From positions 3,232,001 to 3,296,000 of the forward strand of contig JASGHG010000001.1 of NCBI GenBank assembly GCA_047602425.1: a DNA stretch of 64,000 bases. The letters run 5' to 3'. The DNA comes from Nibricoccus sp. (lineage in GTDB: Bacteria; Verrucomicrobiota; Verrucomicrobiia; Opitutales; Opitutaceae). Of the stretch, positions 1-9,083 are shown piece by piece. The notes under the pieces were generated by a model. It saw nothing but the letters and a program-made list of their open reading frames with translations. It did no database searches and had not been told where the DNA came from. Made by a program: the position numbers and the translations under genes. Numbering within the stretch: position 1 is the stretch's first letter; the number at the start of each line of letters is the position of its first letter.

Positions 1-2
1 AG

Positions 3-371
3 ATCGGTGTCACGCCGGTGCTGTGCGCCAGCGGTGGACGGAGTCGGCGATTCGCGGCGACGCTGCGCGCGACCGTGCCAGATCTGCCGGAGGAAACAGT
101 CATTCGCGAGGGCGCGGATTTCGCCTCGATCGCGGCCGAGGCCGAAACATTGAAACCGGATTTGCTGATAGGAAATAGTAAAGGTTACGGGCTTGCTCGC
201 CGCCTCAAGGTTCCGTTGGTGCGCTGTGGTTTCCCCATTCACGACCGGCTCGACGGCCATCGCATCCTGCACGTTGGTTACAAAGGCGCGCTCGGGCTCT
301 ACGACACGATCGTGAACGCGCTCCTCGAGCGGAAACAGGAAAACTCAACCATCGGCTATGCCTATCTCTGA
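3..371 (+). CDS. nifN: Nitrogenase FeMo-cofactor scaffold NifN, C-terminal part (runs off the window edge)
   Basis: Frame is open from base 3 (IGVTPVLCASGG...). Motifs DLLIGNSKG and RCGFPIHDR...HVGYKGA match the nitrogenase component-1 beta-type fold. Position directly before nifB favours NifN over NifK. Confidence 0.8.
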   Translation: MGVTPVLCASGGRSRRFAATLRATVPDLPEETVIREGADFASIAAEAETLKPDLLIGNSKGYGLARRLKVPLVRCGFPIHDRLDGHRILHVGYKGALGLYDTIVNALLERKQENSTIGYAYL

Positions 372-381
372 AGGACTTTCT

Positions 382-1728
382 ATGATCAACGATCTCACCA
401 CCGGCTCTTCCTGCGGCACCGTCACGAAAGTCAATGACGGCGGCACGCTCCAGCCGACGTTGGCTTTCTCGAAACATCCCTGCTTTAACAAAGACTCTCA
501 TCACAAGTTCGGCCGCATTCACCTGCCGGTCGCGCCGCGGTGCAATCTCCAGTGCAATTTCTGTAACCGTAAATTCGACTGCATGAATGAGAGCCGTCCG
601 GGAGTGACAAGCGCGGTGCTCTCGCCAACGCAGGCAGTGGCCTATCTCGACAAGATGATGGAGCGTGTGCCGAACCTAACGGTAGTAGGAATCGCAGGGC
701 CGGGAGATCCGTTCGCCAACTCGGTCGAAACCATGGCAACTCTTTCAGAAGTTCGCCGCAAGTACCCGGAAATGATGCTGTGTGTGGCGACCAACGGTCT
801 CGGCATCGGGCCGCACATCGAAAATCTCGCCGCGCTGAAAGTCAGCCACGTCACGCTTACGGTCAACGCAGTCGATCCCGAGATTGGTGCAAAAGTTTAT
901 GCTTGGATCCGCGATGGAAATCGACCGATGCGAGGACTCGAAGCAGCGAAACTTCTGCTCGAACGTCAGCTCGACGCCATCGTGCGCCTAAAGGCCGCGG
1001 GCGTGGTGGTGAAGATCAATTCGATTATTATTCCCGGTATCAACGACCAGCACATTGAGACGATTGCGACGAAGATGCAGGAGCTCGGCGTGGATATCAT
1101 GAACTGCATGGCCTTCCTGCCGGTGGCCGGTGCAGAGTTCGAGAACATCGCGCCGCCGGACAACCTGCTTGTCGCTAGCACGCGGCTGAAGGCCGGACGC
1201 CACGTCGCCCAGATGTCGCACTGCGCACGTTGTCGCGCTGATGCAGTCGGCCTGATTAACGAGAAGATGACCGAGGAAAATTTGATTACGCTCCAGGAGT
1301 TTGCACGCCCTGGAGTGAAGCCGACGGAAAAGCGGCCGTACATCGCGGTGGCGTCACACGAAGGCATGCTGGTGAACCAGCACTTGGGTGAGGCGGCACG
1401 CGTGATTATTTTCAAGGAGGACAAGTCGACTCCATCGGGTTTCAAGTTCGTCGAGGTTCGGAAAACCCCGGAGCCTGGAACAGGTGCGGCCCGCTGGGCG
1501 GCGTTTGCCGACGTGTTGCACGATTGCCGGGCATTCCTGGTTTCGGCGGCGGGTCCGCAGCCAAAGCGCGCACTCGAAGAACACGGTGTGACGATTGTCG
1601 AAATGGAGGGGCTGATCGAGGAAGGGCTTTCCGCTATCTTTGCCGGGAAACCCATCCCGGCTTCGCTTAGTCGCCGGTTTACGGCGTGTGGTTCGGGCTG
1701 CAAGGGCACCGGCACGGGCTGCGCGTGA
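382..1728 (+). CDS. nifB: Nitrogenase cofactor biosynthesis radical SAM protein NifB with C-terminal NifX-like domain
   Basis: HPC, CNLQCNFC (CxxxCxxC), ESRPG, AGPGD and CARCRADA motifs, plus VNQHLGEA in the NifX-like domain. ATG 382 follows AAGGA; the upstream ATG 358 overlaps nifN. Confidence 0.96.
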   Translation: MINDLTTGSSCGTVTKVNDGGTLQPTLAFSKHPCFNKDSHHKFGRIHLPVAPRCNLQCNFCNRKFDCMNESRPGVTSAVLSPTQAVAYLDKMMERVPNLTVVGIAGPGDPFANSVETMATLSEVRRKYPEMMLCVATNGLGIGPHIENLAALKVSHVTLTVNAVDPEIGAKVYAWIRDGNRPMRGLEAAKLLLERQLDAIVRLKAAGVVVKINSIIIPGINDQHIETIATKMQELGVDIMNCMAFLPVAGAEFENIAPPDNLLVASTRLKAGRHVAQMSHCARCRADAVGLINEKMTEENLITLQEFARPGVKPTEKRPYIAVASHEGMLVNQHLGEAARVIIFKEDKSTPSGFKFVEVRKTPEPGTGAARWAAFADVLHDCRAFLVSAAGPQPKRALEEHGVTIVEMEGLIEEGLSAIFAGKPIPASLSRRFTACGSGCKGTGTGCA

Positions 1729-1789
1729 GCGTGAACAGGCAACTGAGCAAAACATTTTCCAGAAACAATAACATCGAACAACTGTCATC

Positions 1790-2098
1790 ATGTCCAAACC
1801 AGCACACCATCTCTTCGTCTGTGGAAGTTTCCGCGCCAATGGCGAGCGCCAGGGCGTTTGCCACAAAAAGGACGCCATGAGCCTGCTTTCCTACCTGCAG
1901 GGCGAGATCCAGGATCGTATGCTAGAGGGCGTGGAAGTCGCCGTCACCGGATGCATGAATGTCTGCACCAAGGGACCGGTTATGGTCGACTATCCAACGG
2001 GTAATTTCTACAAGGTGCCGAACACCGACGCCATCGATGCCATTCTCGACGCCATCGAGGAGGATACGGTGGCCGAGGCTTATCTGCTCGAAGTCTGA
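1790..2098 (+). CDS. Thioredoxin-like [2Fe-2S] ferredoxin, nif-associated
   Basis: HLFVC...GVC...TGCMNVCTKGP Cys pattern, acidic C-terminus, located between nifB and nifV. Confidence 0.88.
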   Translation: MSKPAHHLFVCGSFRANGERQGVCHKKDAMSLLSYLQGEIQDRMLEGVEVAVTGCMNVCTKGPVMVDYPTGNFYKVPNTDAIDAILDAIEEDTVAEAYLLEV

Positions 2099-2104
2099 GT
2101 GGTT

Positions 2105-3226
2105 ATGCGGCGCCTCCACCTAGTCGACACGACACTGCGCGACGGCGAGCAAGCCGCCGGCGTGGTGATCTCGAGGGCGGATCGCGTTGCCATTGCCAAG
2201 GCATTGGTGGACGCAGGTGTGCCGGAACTGGAAGTCGGCGTGCCAGCCATGGGGCCGGCGGCGATCGCAGATATTGCCGTGGTTGCAGCAGCGGTGGGTC
2301 GGGAACGGGTGGTGACTTGGTGTCGCGGGACGGAGGAGGATCTGGTCGCGGCGGAGAAGACCGGTGTTTCCGCCGTGCATCTTTCTTTTGCGACCTCGCG
2401 CCTGCATCAGGCGATCTGGCGTCAGGACGGAGAGGAACTACTCTCGCGCGCACGCTCGTTGATCGAGCATGCCTGCAGGCGCTTCGAGCGGGTTTATGTC
2501 GGTGCGCAGGATGCATCGCGGGCGGATCCGGATTATCTTTTTTCTTTCGCAAAGGTTGCTTGGGAGGCGGGAGCTAAACGTATACGGTATGCGGATACCG
2601 TGGGACGCCTGGTTCCAAGCCAGTTGGCTGCGGCGCTGAAACCAATCCAGTCGGCTGCTCCAAAAATTGAAATTGAATTTCACGGCCACAATGACCTCGG
2701 GTTGGCTACGGCCAACGCTCTCGCTGCGTGGGAAGCAGGTGCTCATGCCACCAGCGTAACTGTGAACGGCCTAGGAGAACGTGCTGGCAATGTTGCACTC
2801 GAAGAAGTCGTGGTCGCCATGAAAGTCGCGCATGGCGTAGACGAACTGGTGGATTGCGCCAAACTCGGCACTTTGAGTGATCTGGTTGCGCGTGCGACGG
2901 GCCGGCCGCTCCCAGCGCAGAAGCCCATCGTGGGCGCTTCAGCTTTTCTCCACGAGTCGGGTATTCATTGCTCGGGGATGTTGCGCGACGAGCGGGCCTA
3001 CGAGGCATTTTCACCCGAGCTCGTAGGGCGTGAGCGTCCGGACTTTATACTGGGCAGTCACACGGGTAGCGCAGCTGTGGCGACGATGCTCGGTGCGCAG
3101 GGGATTTGTGTTTCGCCCGAGGCAGCGCGTCGCATTGCCGTGCGAGTCCGTGAACTGGCCATCCAGAAAGGCAGTCCTGTTAATCCAGGTGAATTGCGAT
3201 CGTTGCTCGAAGCGCCCGCTGCTTGA
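2105..3226 (+). CDS. nifV: Homocitrate synthase NifV
   Basis: [25 protein letters not shown] and HESGIH DRE-TIM motifs, no LeuA regulatory domain, nif context. Start is 2099 (GTG) or 2105 (ATG). Confidence 0.92.
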   Translation: MRRLHLVDTTLRDGEQAAGVVISRADRVAIAKALVDAGVPELEVGVPAMGPAAIADIAVVAAAVGRERVVTWCRGTEEDLVAAEKTGVSAVHLSFATSRLHQAIWRQDGEELLSRARSLIEHACRRFERVYVGAQDASRADPDYLFSFAKVAWEAGAKRIRYADTVGRLVPSQLAAALKPIQSAAPKIEIEFHGHNDLGLATANALAAWEAGAHATSVTVNGLGERAGNVALEEVVVAMKVAHGVDELVDCAKLGTLSDLVARATGRPLPAQKPIVGASAFLHESGIHCSGMLRDERAYEAFSPELVGRERPDFILGSHTGSAAVATMLGAQGICVSPEAARRIAVRVRELAIQKGSPVNPGELRSLLEAPAA

Positions 3227-3272
3227 ACGTCCATTACTTTCAAAATTCGTCCGTTAATGACCTCGACATCTT

Positions 3273-3785
3273 ATGAGCTTCAAATCCTACGCCATCCGTC
3301 CTGATTCCGACAATTTGATTATTTTTGAGGATCCGCAGCCTTTGGTTTTTTCCGGTCGCAACGGGTTGATTGCAAAATTCGTACTGGGCGAAAAAGAGCG
3401 AGCCATGCAGGCGTGGAAACTTTGTGTCGGGGAGATTCACGCGATTGCATTTCCGGCGGGATTGGTACGCAATCGTGCTATCGTCTTTGAACAGACGGAG
3501 GACATTGATCGCTCACTTATGTCCCTGCAGAGCATTTCTGGAATTTCCAATTCGAAAACTGAAGTGATGTTTCAGTTCGTGCCTCTGGCGGTCGTTGCGC
3601 AAAGTCCACTAACAGTGCGCCGTGGCAAGGTGGAATGTACTTACGGCGAAGACCTGATGCTCGATGGGGGCGTGCTCAATCCTGTCGGTTCATGGAAATG
3701 GAGAAAACCGCATCTTGCACTTGGAGGCGTAGTGATGGGTGCTACGCATCAGGCGCAAGCGGATGCATTTGGGCAGGTGCCGTGA
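3273..3785 (+). CDS. Hypothetical protein (170 aa)
   Basis: ATG-started ORF filling the nifV-topB gap; no recognised motif. Confidence 0.65.
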   Translation: MSFKSYAIRPDSDNLIIFEDPQPLVFSGRNGLIAKFVLGEKERAMQAWKLCVGEIHAIAFPAGLVRNRAIVFEQTEDIDRSLMSLQSISGISNSKTEVMFQFVPLAVVAQSPLTVRRGKVECTYGEDLMLDGGVLNPVGSWKWRKPHLALGGVVMGATHQAQADAFGQVP

Positions 3786-3888
3786 TCTTACGCGTGGTGG
3801 CGAGTCGGCGGGAAAAGGCGATCTGCGCAATTTTCCAATGAGAGCTGGCGCGTTTTAGTTTCTTTGCCGTAGATAGCACGCCTGCTGA

Positions 3889-6444
3889 ATGACCAAGATT
3901 CTTATTATTACTGAAAAACCCTCGGTACGCCGCGACGTGGCGCGAGTTCTTCTTGGACTGGAGCAGGCAAACGAAAATCCAACGCGTGGCCGTTTGAAAG
4001 ATGGCACTGAACTGACGATCACGAATGCGCGCGGCCACGTCTTTGCGCAGGCGAAACCGGAACACTACGATCCGAAATATGGCGCCTGGCTGGTCGCCGA
4101 TCTGCCGATTACACCTAAGGCAGATTGGACGTTTGAGCTGGTTGTTGCGAACGAACGCGTCACATCCGACGCCCGAATTTTGCGCGCGGAAATCGCAAAT
4201 CATTCCGGCCAAGAAATCGTCAACGCCTGCGATCCGGAACGGGAAGGGGAGTTGATTTTCCAGGAGATATTGAAAGTTTGTCCACATGCCCCCGAAACGA
4301 AGGTGACGCGGATGTGGTGGCGGTCATTCACCGACGATTCTTTGCGCGCGGCCTTTTCGAATCGCGAATCCGAGTCCTCGCCGAAGTACACGCAACTGGC
4401 CGAGGCGGCTTTCACGCGCTCCGATGCGGACTGGGTCTACGGCATGAACTACACCGTGCTGGCCTCCAAAACACTGCCGCGTGGTCAAGGCATTTGGAAG
4501 CTCTGGTCGATGGGACGGGTTCAGACGCCGACGCTCGCGCTGGTGGCGGATCGTTGCCAGAAAGTCGCCGATTTCAAACCGCAGCCCTTCTGGGAAGTTA
4601 GCGCGGTCTTCGACGGTATCGAAGCCAAGGCGGAGCTCGACGCTTACAGCAAGTCGGAGGATCGGGTTGCACTGCTTGGCGCCCCCGCGGAAGTGGAGGA
4701 GCGGCAGAAAAAAGTTTTTTGGAGCAAAGAGAAAGCAGGCGCCTTCATTACCGCAGCCAAAACACCGAATACCTACAAGGTCGGCGATAGTGTCGCGGTG
4801 AAGACGACGAAGCCGCCGCTGCCATACGATCTCCAGGAAATCCAAAAATTCTTCTCGAAGAAATACGGACTTACCGCGACTGACGCTTTGCAGGTGATGC
4901 AGGACCTCTACGAACGAAAGCTGCTCACGTATCCCCGAACCGATTGCCGTCATCTCTCCGAGGATTCGAAGGAGGAGGTTTATAACAACGTGAGCCGTGC
5001 GCTGGCGCACTTGAAGCAGCTGAGGCCAAACCTGCATCTATCGACCCAGGAAATGATGCCGCGCGAAATCGCCTACAAATCGCGTGCCTTCGACTCTTCG
5101 AAGATCAGCGATCACAGCGGCATCGTGCCGACGGAAACCACCGAAGGGCTCGATGCGCTCACGGGTAACCATCTCATCGGTTACCTTGCGGTGTTGCAAA
5201 TGACACTGATGGCTCTCGACGAGCCGGCGACGTTCAACGTGTTTACGAAGCGTTGGGAGCAGGTGGGTGGTTTGGGTGCCTATGCGCCGGCCATCTTCCG
5301 CGCGGGTTCTGAAGAAGCCCGGACTGCGGGCTTCACTCGCTGGCAGCGCAAGGCCGAGGAAGCTGAACGCAAAGCATTGCCCAAGGCGGGCGCCGCCAAT
5401 GTTTCGTTCGAAAAAATCGGCATGACCGAGGGTAAAACCAGCGCGCCAAAACTCTACACCGACGCCACGCTGCTCGACGCCATGAAGTATGCTGGCGAAT
5501 CCATCGACGAATCGGGCGATCCGGCGACGATCGAGAAAATGATCGAGCTCATGAAAGACAAGGGCCTCGGCACGCCGGCCACGCGGGCCAACATCATCGA
5601 TACGTTGGTAAAGCGAAACTATTTGGAAAGAGCCAAAGCAGGAATCGTGATCACGCCCAACGGCCGCCTGCTCGTGCAAGAGATCCGCAAGCGCGCTCCG
5701 GTGATGATTTCGGCCAAAACCACAGGCGAATGGGAGATGGTGCTCGATCAGATGCGCCGCGGCCAGTCGCCGGTGAATCGCTGTCAGTTTTTGGACAAGT
5801 TGCTTCAGGAGTTTCTGCTGGCGAAGGAGCTTTTTCTCAAAGGCTCCAACCGTTCCGCCGCAACCGGTCGCAAGGTGAACATCACCGAGGGCACCGCGAT
5901 GGAGGGCGTTCTTTGTCCAAAGTCGGAGAAGCCGATCCTCGATCGAGGCGATTGCTTTGAAGCACCGGGTTTCCCAGGTGTGTTGTTATGGAAAACAGCG
6001 TTTGGTCGGTTGTGGGAGGTTAGCGAATATGTGGAACTTCTAAAAGCCGTTGTCGCGAAGAAACCCTATCGCGCGGACAATCTGGTGCGTTTGGACAAAT
6101 CGACCTATTCGGCCGACCTCACGATCGATTTGGAATCGAAACGGATCGAGTTCCATAAACCTGAACCGGTAAAGGTGAAGGACTCCAAATGTCCGAAAAC
6201 AAAAAAGCCGCTGATGGACTGCGGTAATTTTTTTGAAGCACCGGGCTGGCCCGGGCTGAAGCTCTACAAGTCGGCTTTCGGAAAGACGTTTGCCGCTGTG
6301 GACTGGATAGCTGTTCTCGAAGGTTGGGCGGACGGCCAGGCGATTATTGTCAACGGGCTCGTTTCAAAAAAGACCGGCAACACCTACAGCGCGCGACTGG
6401 TCTTCGATGCCGCCAACAACAAGGTTGGCATCGAATTCAATTGA
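3889..6444 (+). CDS. topB: Type IA DNA topoisomerase, topoisomerase III (TopB)-like, with two C-terminal repeats
   Basis: TOPRIM ITEKPS and ACDPEREGELI, SMGRVQTPTL, active-site TYPRTD, GLGTPATRANII, and a duplicated CPK..KP..D.G..FEAPG.PG module at the C-terminus. Confidence 0.9.
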   Translation: MTKILIITEKPSVRRDVARVLLGLEQANENPTRGRLKDGTELTITNARGHVFAQAKPEHYDPKYGAWLVADLPITPKADWTFELVVANERVTSDARILRAEIANHSGQEIVNACDPEREGELIFQEILKVCPHAPETKVTRMWWRSFTDDSLRAAFSNRESESSPKYTQLAEAAFTRSDADWVYGMNYTVLASKTLPRGQGIWKLWSMGRVQTPTLALVADRCQKVADFKPQPFWEVSAVFDGIEAKAELDAYSKSEDRVALLGAPAEVEERQKKVFWSKEKAGAFITAAKTPNTYKVGDSVAVKTTKPPLPYDLQEIQKFFSKKYGLTATDALQVMQDLYERKLLTYPRTDCRHLSEDSKEEVYNNVSRALAHLKQLRPNLHLSTQEMMPREIAYKSRAFDSSKISDHSGIVPTETTEGLDALTGNHLIGYLAVLQMTLMALDEPATFNVFTKRWEQVGGLGAYAPAIFRAGSEEARTAGFTRWQRKAEEAERKALPKAGAANVSFEKIGMTEGKTSAPKLYTDATLLDAMKYAGESIDESGDPATIEKMIELMKDKGLGTPATRANIIDTLVKRNYLERAKAGIVITPNGRLLVQEIRKRAPVMISAKTTGEWEMVLDQMRRGQSPVNRCQFLDKLLQEFLLAKELFLKGSNRSAATGRKVNITEGTAMEGVLCPKSEKPILDRGDCFEAPGFPGVLLWKTAFGRLWEVSEYVELLKAVVAKKPYRADNLVRLDKSTYSADLTIDLESKRIEFHKPEPVKVKDSKCPKTKKPLMDCGNFFEAPGWPGLKLYKSAFGKTFAAVDWIAVLEGWADGQAIIVNGLVSKKTGNTYSARLVFDAANNKVGIEFN

Positions 6445-6563
6445 AGAGCGCAGGGGAATGTATCTGGCATTTTGATACAAGAGTGGCGTTCACGAGGGTT
6501 CGATGATCGCCAGCGGCCGTGTGAGGTCATGTACTGAGGCTTCCGCATTGTCAGCGGCCAAAT

Positions 6564-6899
6564 ATGCCTTACGAATCAGGTATGTCGCGGCTCGATACTT
6601 CAGGACGGTTCAAATTGGGTTCGGATCAGTTTACCTGGATGGTGAAACACTATGCGGGCGAATTTACCTCGCACACAAATTTTCGCGGAATTTCTGCCCG
6701 CGTATGTATGGTGGAGGGAAAATCGCGGGAATTGATCATCGATTTTGATCCTGCGGACTACCCGCTCAAGCGGCCTGCCTCCAGCGCGCAATTTGAAGAA
6801 CGGGTGATCGAATATACACAAAAAGCCATCGATCTGGGCTTCAAGCCCGATTCCCGCGGAAAACCATTCAGAATTGTCGCAGATAAACTGGTTCGCTGA
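6564..6899 (+). CDS. Hypothetical protein (about 105-111 aa)
   Basis: ATG-started ORF with protein-like composition, followed by a long hairpin. Start may be 6582. Confidence 0.6.
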   Translation: MPYESGMSRLDTSGRFKLGSDQFTWMVKHYAGEFTSHTNFRGISARVCMVEGKSRELIIDFDPADYPLKRPASSAQFEERVIEYTQKAIDLGFKPDSRGKPFRIVADKLVR

Positions 6900-6927
6900 T
6901 TTTGCGGGCTCGCCCGGAGACTTGGAA

Positions 6928-6989
6928 ACGGACCTGACCACAGCATGCATTTTTCTATGCGTACCCCATGCGATGCGTGGTCAGGCCGT
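6928..6989. terminator. Long imperfect hairpin between convergent genes, possible bidirectional terminator
   Basis: ACGG(A)CCTGACCAC(A)GCAT-GCAT pairs with ATGC(G)ATGC-GTGGTCAGG-CCGT. No clear U-tract. Confidence 0.45.
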
Positions 6990-7010
6990 GGCGCACAACC
7001 AAACTAAAAA

Positions 7011-8204
7011 CTAGTCGTCGTCGTGATCGCGATCGTGGCCATGACCGTGATCGTCGTCGTCGTCAGCGGGGTCGGCCACGGCGGTGAGGGAACCGAATAG
7101 GCCGTGAGCCTCGTCATCGATGCCGGCGGCGAAATAAAGCGTATTGGTCGGACCGGCATTGGCTCCATTGCCGAATGCGATGGCCCACAGCCCTTCGATT
7201 TTAACCGGACGATGGTTTTCCCCGCGCAGGAAACCCCGAAATTTGCCAGTCGCGGGATCGAAGGCGGCGATTTTTCCGCTGCCGAACTGGCCGACGAGAA
7301 TCATGTTGCTGAAAGGTCCGAAGTCGGCCGGTGCCATGGCGAGTCCCCAAGGCGCATTGAACCACGCGCCATGTTGCAGGCGTTTCTGCAGGACGCCCTC
7401 CGGGGAATAAATATTAACGAACCCTTTGCCTGGGCCAGGAACCTCCTCGATCGAGCCCGCTTCAGTTTTGGCATAAGCCACGTAGATCGATCCGCCGATG
7501 GCCTGAACATTGAAAGGCGCATAGCCGCGTGGCAAATGCGGGTCGCGGAACGCCCACGGCGACAAAGTCACCGGAGCGAACGTCCGGTCAAACACGTCCA
7601 CTTTGCCTGTTTGAAAATTTGCCGCATAGAGATGGTTCACGCCGCCAATTTGAGCCAGCGCCAGTCCTTTGTAGACTGCGGAGCCTGCGTTGTTGACCAT
7701 TTGAACTCCTGTCGTGCCGGAACTCCAGCCGACGATGGTTCCCGCCTCAGTGCTGAAGAGGAAACGCGACGGTCTGCCGGGTGCGACGAGGAAATCCGTC
7801 GCTGTGCCGTTGAATACCGTGCCGGTCGGGGCCGATGGATCGGCAACGCCGGCCAGGTTGGGTATGGTAACGACCAAGGCTTGGACCGCGCCAGCGCCAT
7901 TATAAAGGGTTGAGAGCCCAGTGCCATTGTCGGCTACCCACCAAGGACTCGTGGCGCTGGCAGACAATCCCCAGGGATTCACCAGATGTGGATCGGTCGC
8001 CGCCGCCAAACCGGCTACGTCCGATACAAGATTTGTCTGAACGTAGTGACCGGACGGATGATCGTGCGCGGAAGCCTGTGCGATGAACGCAGGGGAAACG
8101 AGCGCCAGAAGAGCGAAACCGATCTTCTTAAAACCGACAGGAACGCGAGTGCTGCGCCGCGATGAACGACTACTGAGGAGTCGGGGTGAACACGTGTTTT
8201 TCAT
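7011..8204 (-). CDS. TIGR03118-family secreted protein without a PEP-CTERM tail
   Basis: YVQTNLVSD, DPHLVNPWG, PWWVADNGTG, GYAPFNVQ, NAPWGLA, GLWAIAFGNG and LYFAAG motifs. Signal peptide ends in AQASA. Start 8204 inferred. Confidence 0.88.
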   Translation of the reverse strand: MKNTCSPRLLSSRSSRRSTRVPVGFKKIGFALLALVSPAFIAQASAHDHPSGHYVQTNLVSDVAGLAAATDPHLVNPWGLSASATSPWWVADNGTGLSTLYNGAGAVQALVVTIPNLAGVADPSAPTGTVFNGTATDFLVAPGRPSRFLFSTEAGTIVGWSSGTTGVQMVNNAGSAVYKGLALAQIGGVNHLYAANFQTGKVDVFDRTFAPVTLSPWAFRDPHLPRGYAPFNVQAIGGSIYVAYAKTEAGSIEEVPGPGKGFVNIYSPEGVLQKRLQHGAWFNAPWGLAMAPADFGPFSNMILVGQFGSGKIAAFDPATGKFRGFLRGENHRPVKIEGLWAIAFGNGANAGPTNTLYFAAGIDDEAHGLFGSLTAVADPADDDDDHGHGHDRDHDDD

Positions 8205-8453
8205 GATGCTATTTATTTGGTCCGCCCGATGGGCGGAGTGGTTTTTTGTTGCATGGCGCCCGTGTGGAAGCGCCGTCACGAGCGGAAAGGCCCGCGGCTC
8301 ACAACTACCCACGAGTCTTGAATGCGCGCCAATGGATATTGGTAACGGTGCTGTTACCGCGCGGGAATTGGTGCCGACGTCACCGGGCCGAGCTTGCGTA
8401 GCTTACGAGTACAAATTCCAGGCTTTCACATACAGCACCCTGAGGCCCACTCG

Positions 8454-9083
8454 CTAGTCGCGTTTGAGAAATTTAGCGATGGCTTGCGAACGCGAGTTTA
8501 CATGCAACTTGTCATATATTCGTCTCACGTAAGTATCGATCGTGAGGACGCTGAGTCCGAGTTTTTCAGCGATCTCTTTATAAAGATAACCCTTGGCCAA
8601 AAGTTCGAGAACGGAGTTTTCTCGCGGCGACAGTACTTGCAGACCGGACTGTTTGCTTTCTTGTCGCGCGAAAGATTGCACAACTTTTCGAGCAATGGAA
8701 CAACTCATCGGAGAGCCTCCTTGGGAGATTTGTTTAATCGCCGCGAGCAATTCGGTGCGTCGTGTTCCTTTGAGGAGATATCCAGTGGCTCCGGCGGCGA
8801 GGGCGGAAAAAATGTGGTCGGCGTCGGCGTAAACGGTCAACATCAAGAACTGCGTTTCGGGCAGCAGCGGCTTGAGGGCGCGCACGCATTCGATGCCGTT
8901 AAGCAGTGGTACATTAATGTCCATCAATACAACATCAGGCCGGTCACTCGGCAGTTTTTCCATGGCCGATTCCGTGTCCGAATAATAACTGAAAAATTCC
9001 AGCTGGGAGGAATCCTTAATCAAATCGGCTAGTATAAGACTGGTAGGCTTGTCGTCATCGACGATCGAAACTCGTAGGTTCAT
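8454..9083 (-). CDS. NarL/LuxR-family response regulator
   Basis: Receiver motifs IVDDD, VLMDI, LTV and YLLK; LuxR HTH LSPRE..VL.LLAKG..YKEIA...IYDKLHV. Confidence 0.95.
   Translation of the reverse strand: MNLRVSIVDDDKPTSLILADLIKDSSQLEFFSYYSDTESAMEKLPSDRPDVVLMDINVPLLNGIECVRALKPLLPETQFLMLTVYADADHIFSALAAGATGYLLKGTRRTELLAAIKQISQGGSPMSCSIARKVVQSFARQESKQSGLQVLSPRENSVLELLAKGYLYKEIAEKLGLSVLTIDTYVRRIYDKLHVNSRSQAIAKFLKRD

Noticed and set aside
358..381. Possible NifN-NifB fusion or frameshift
   Set aside because: nifN ends normally at 371, and nifB has its own AAGGA and ATG at 382 in another frame.
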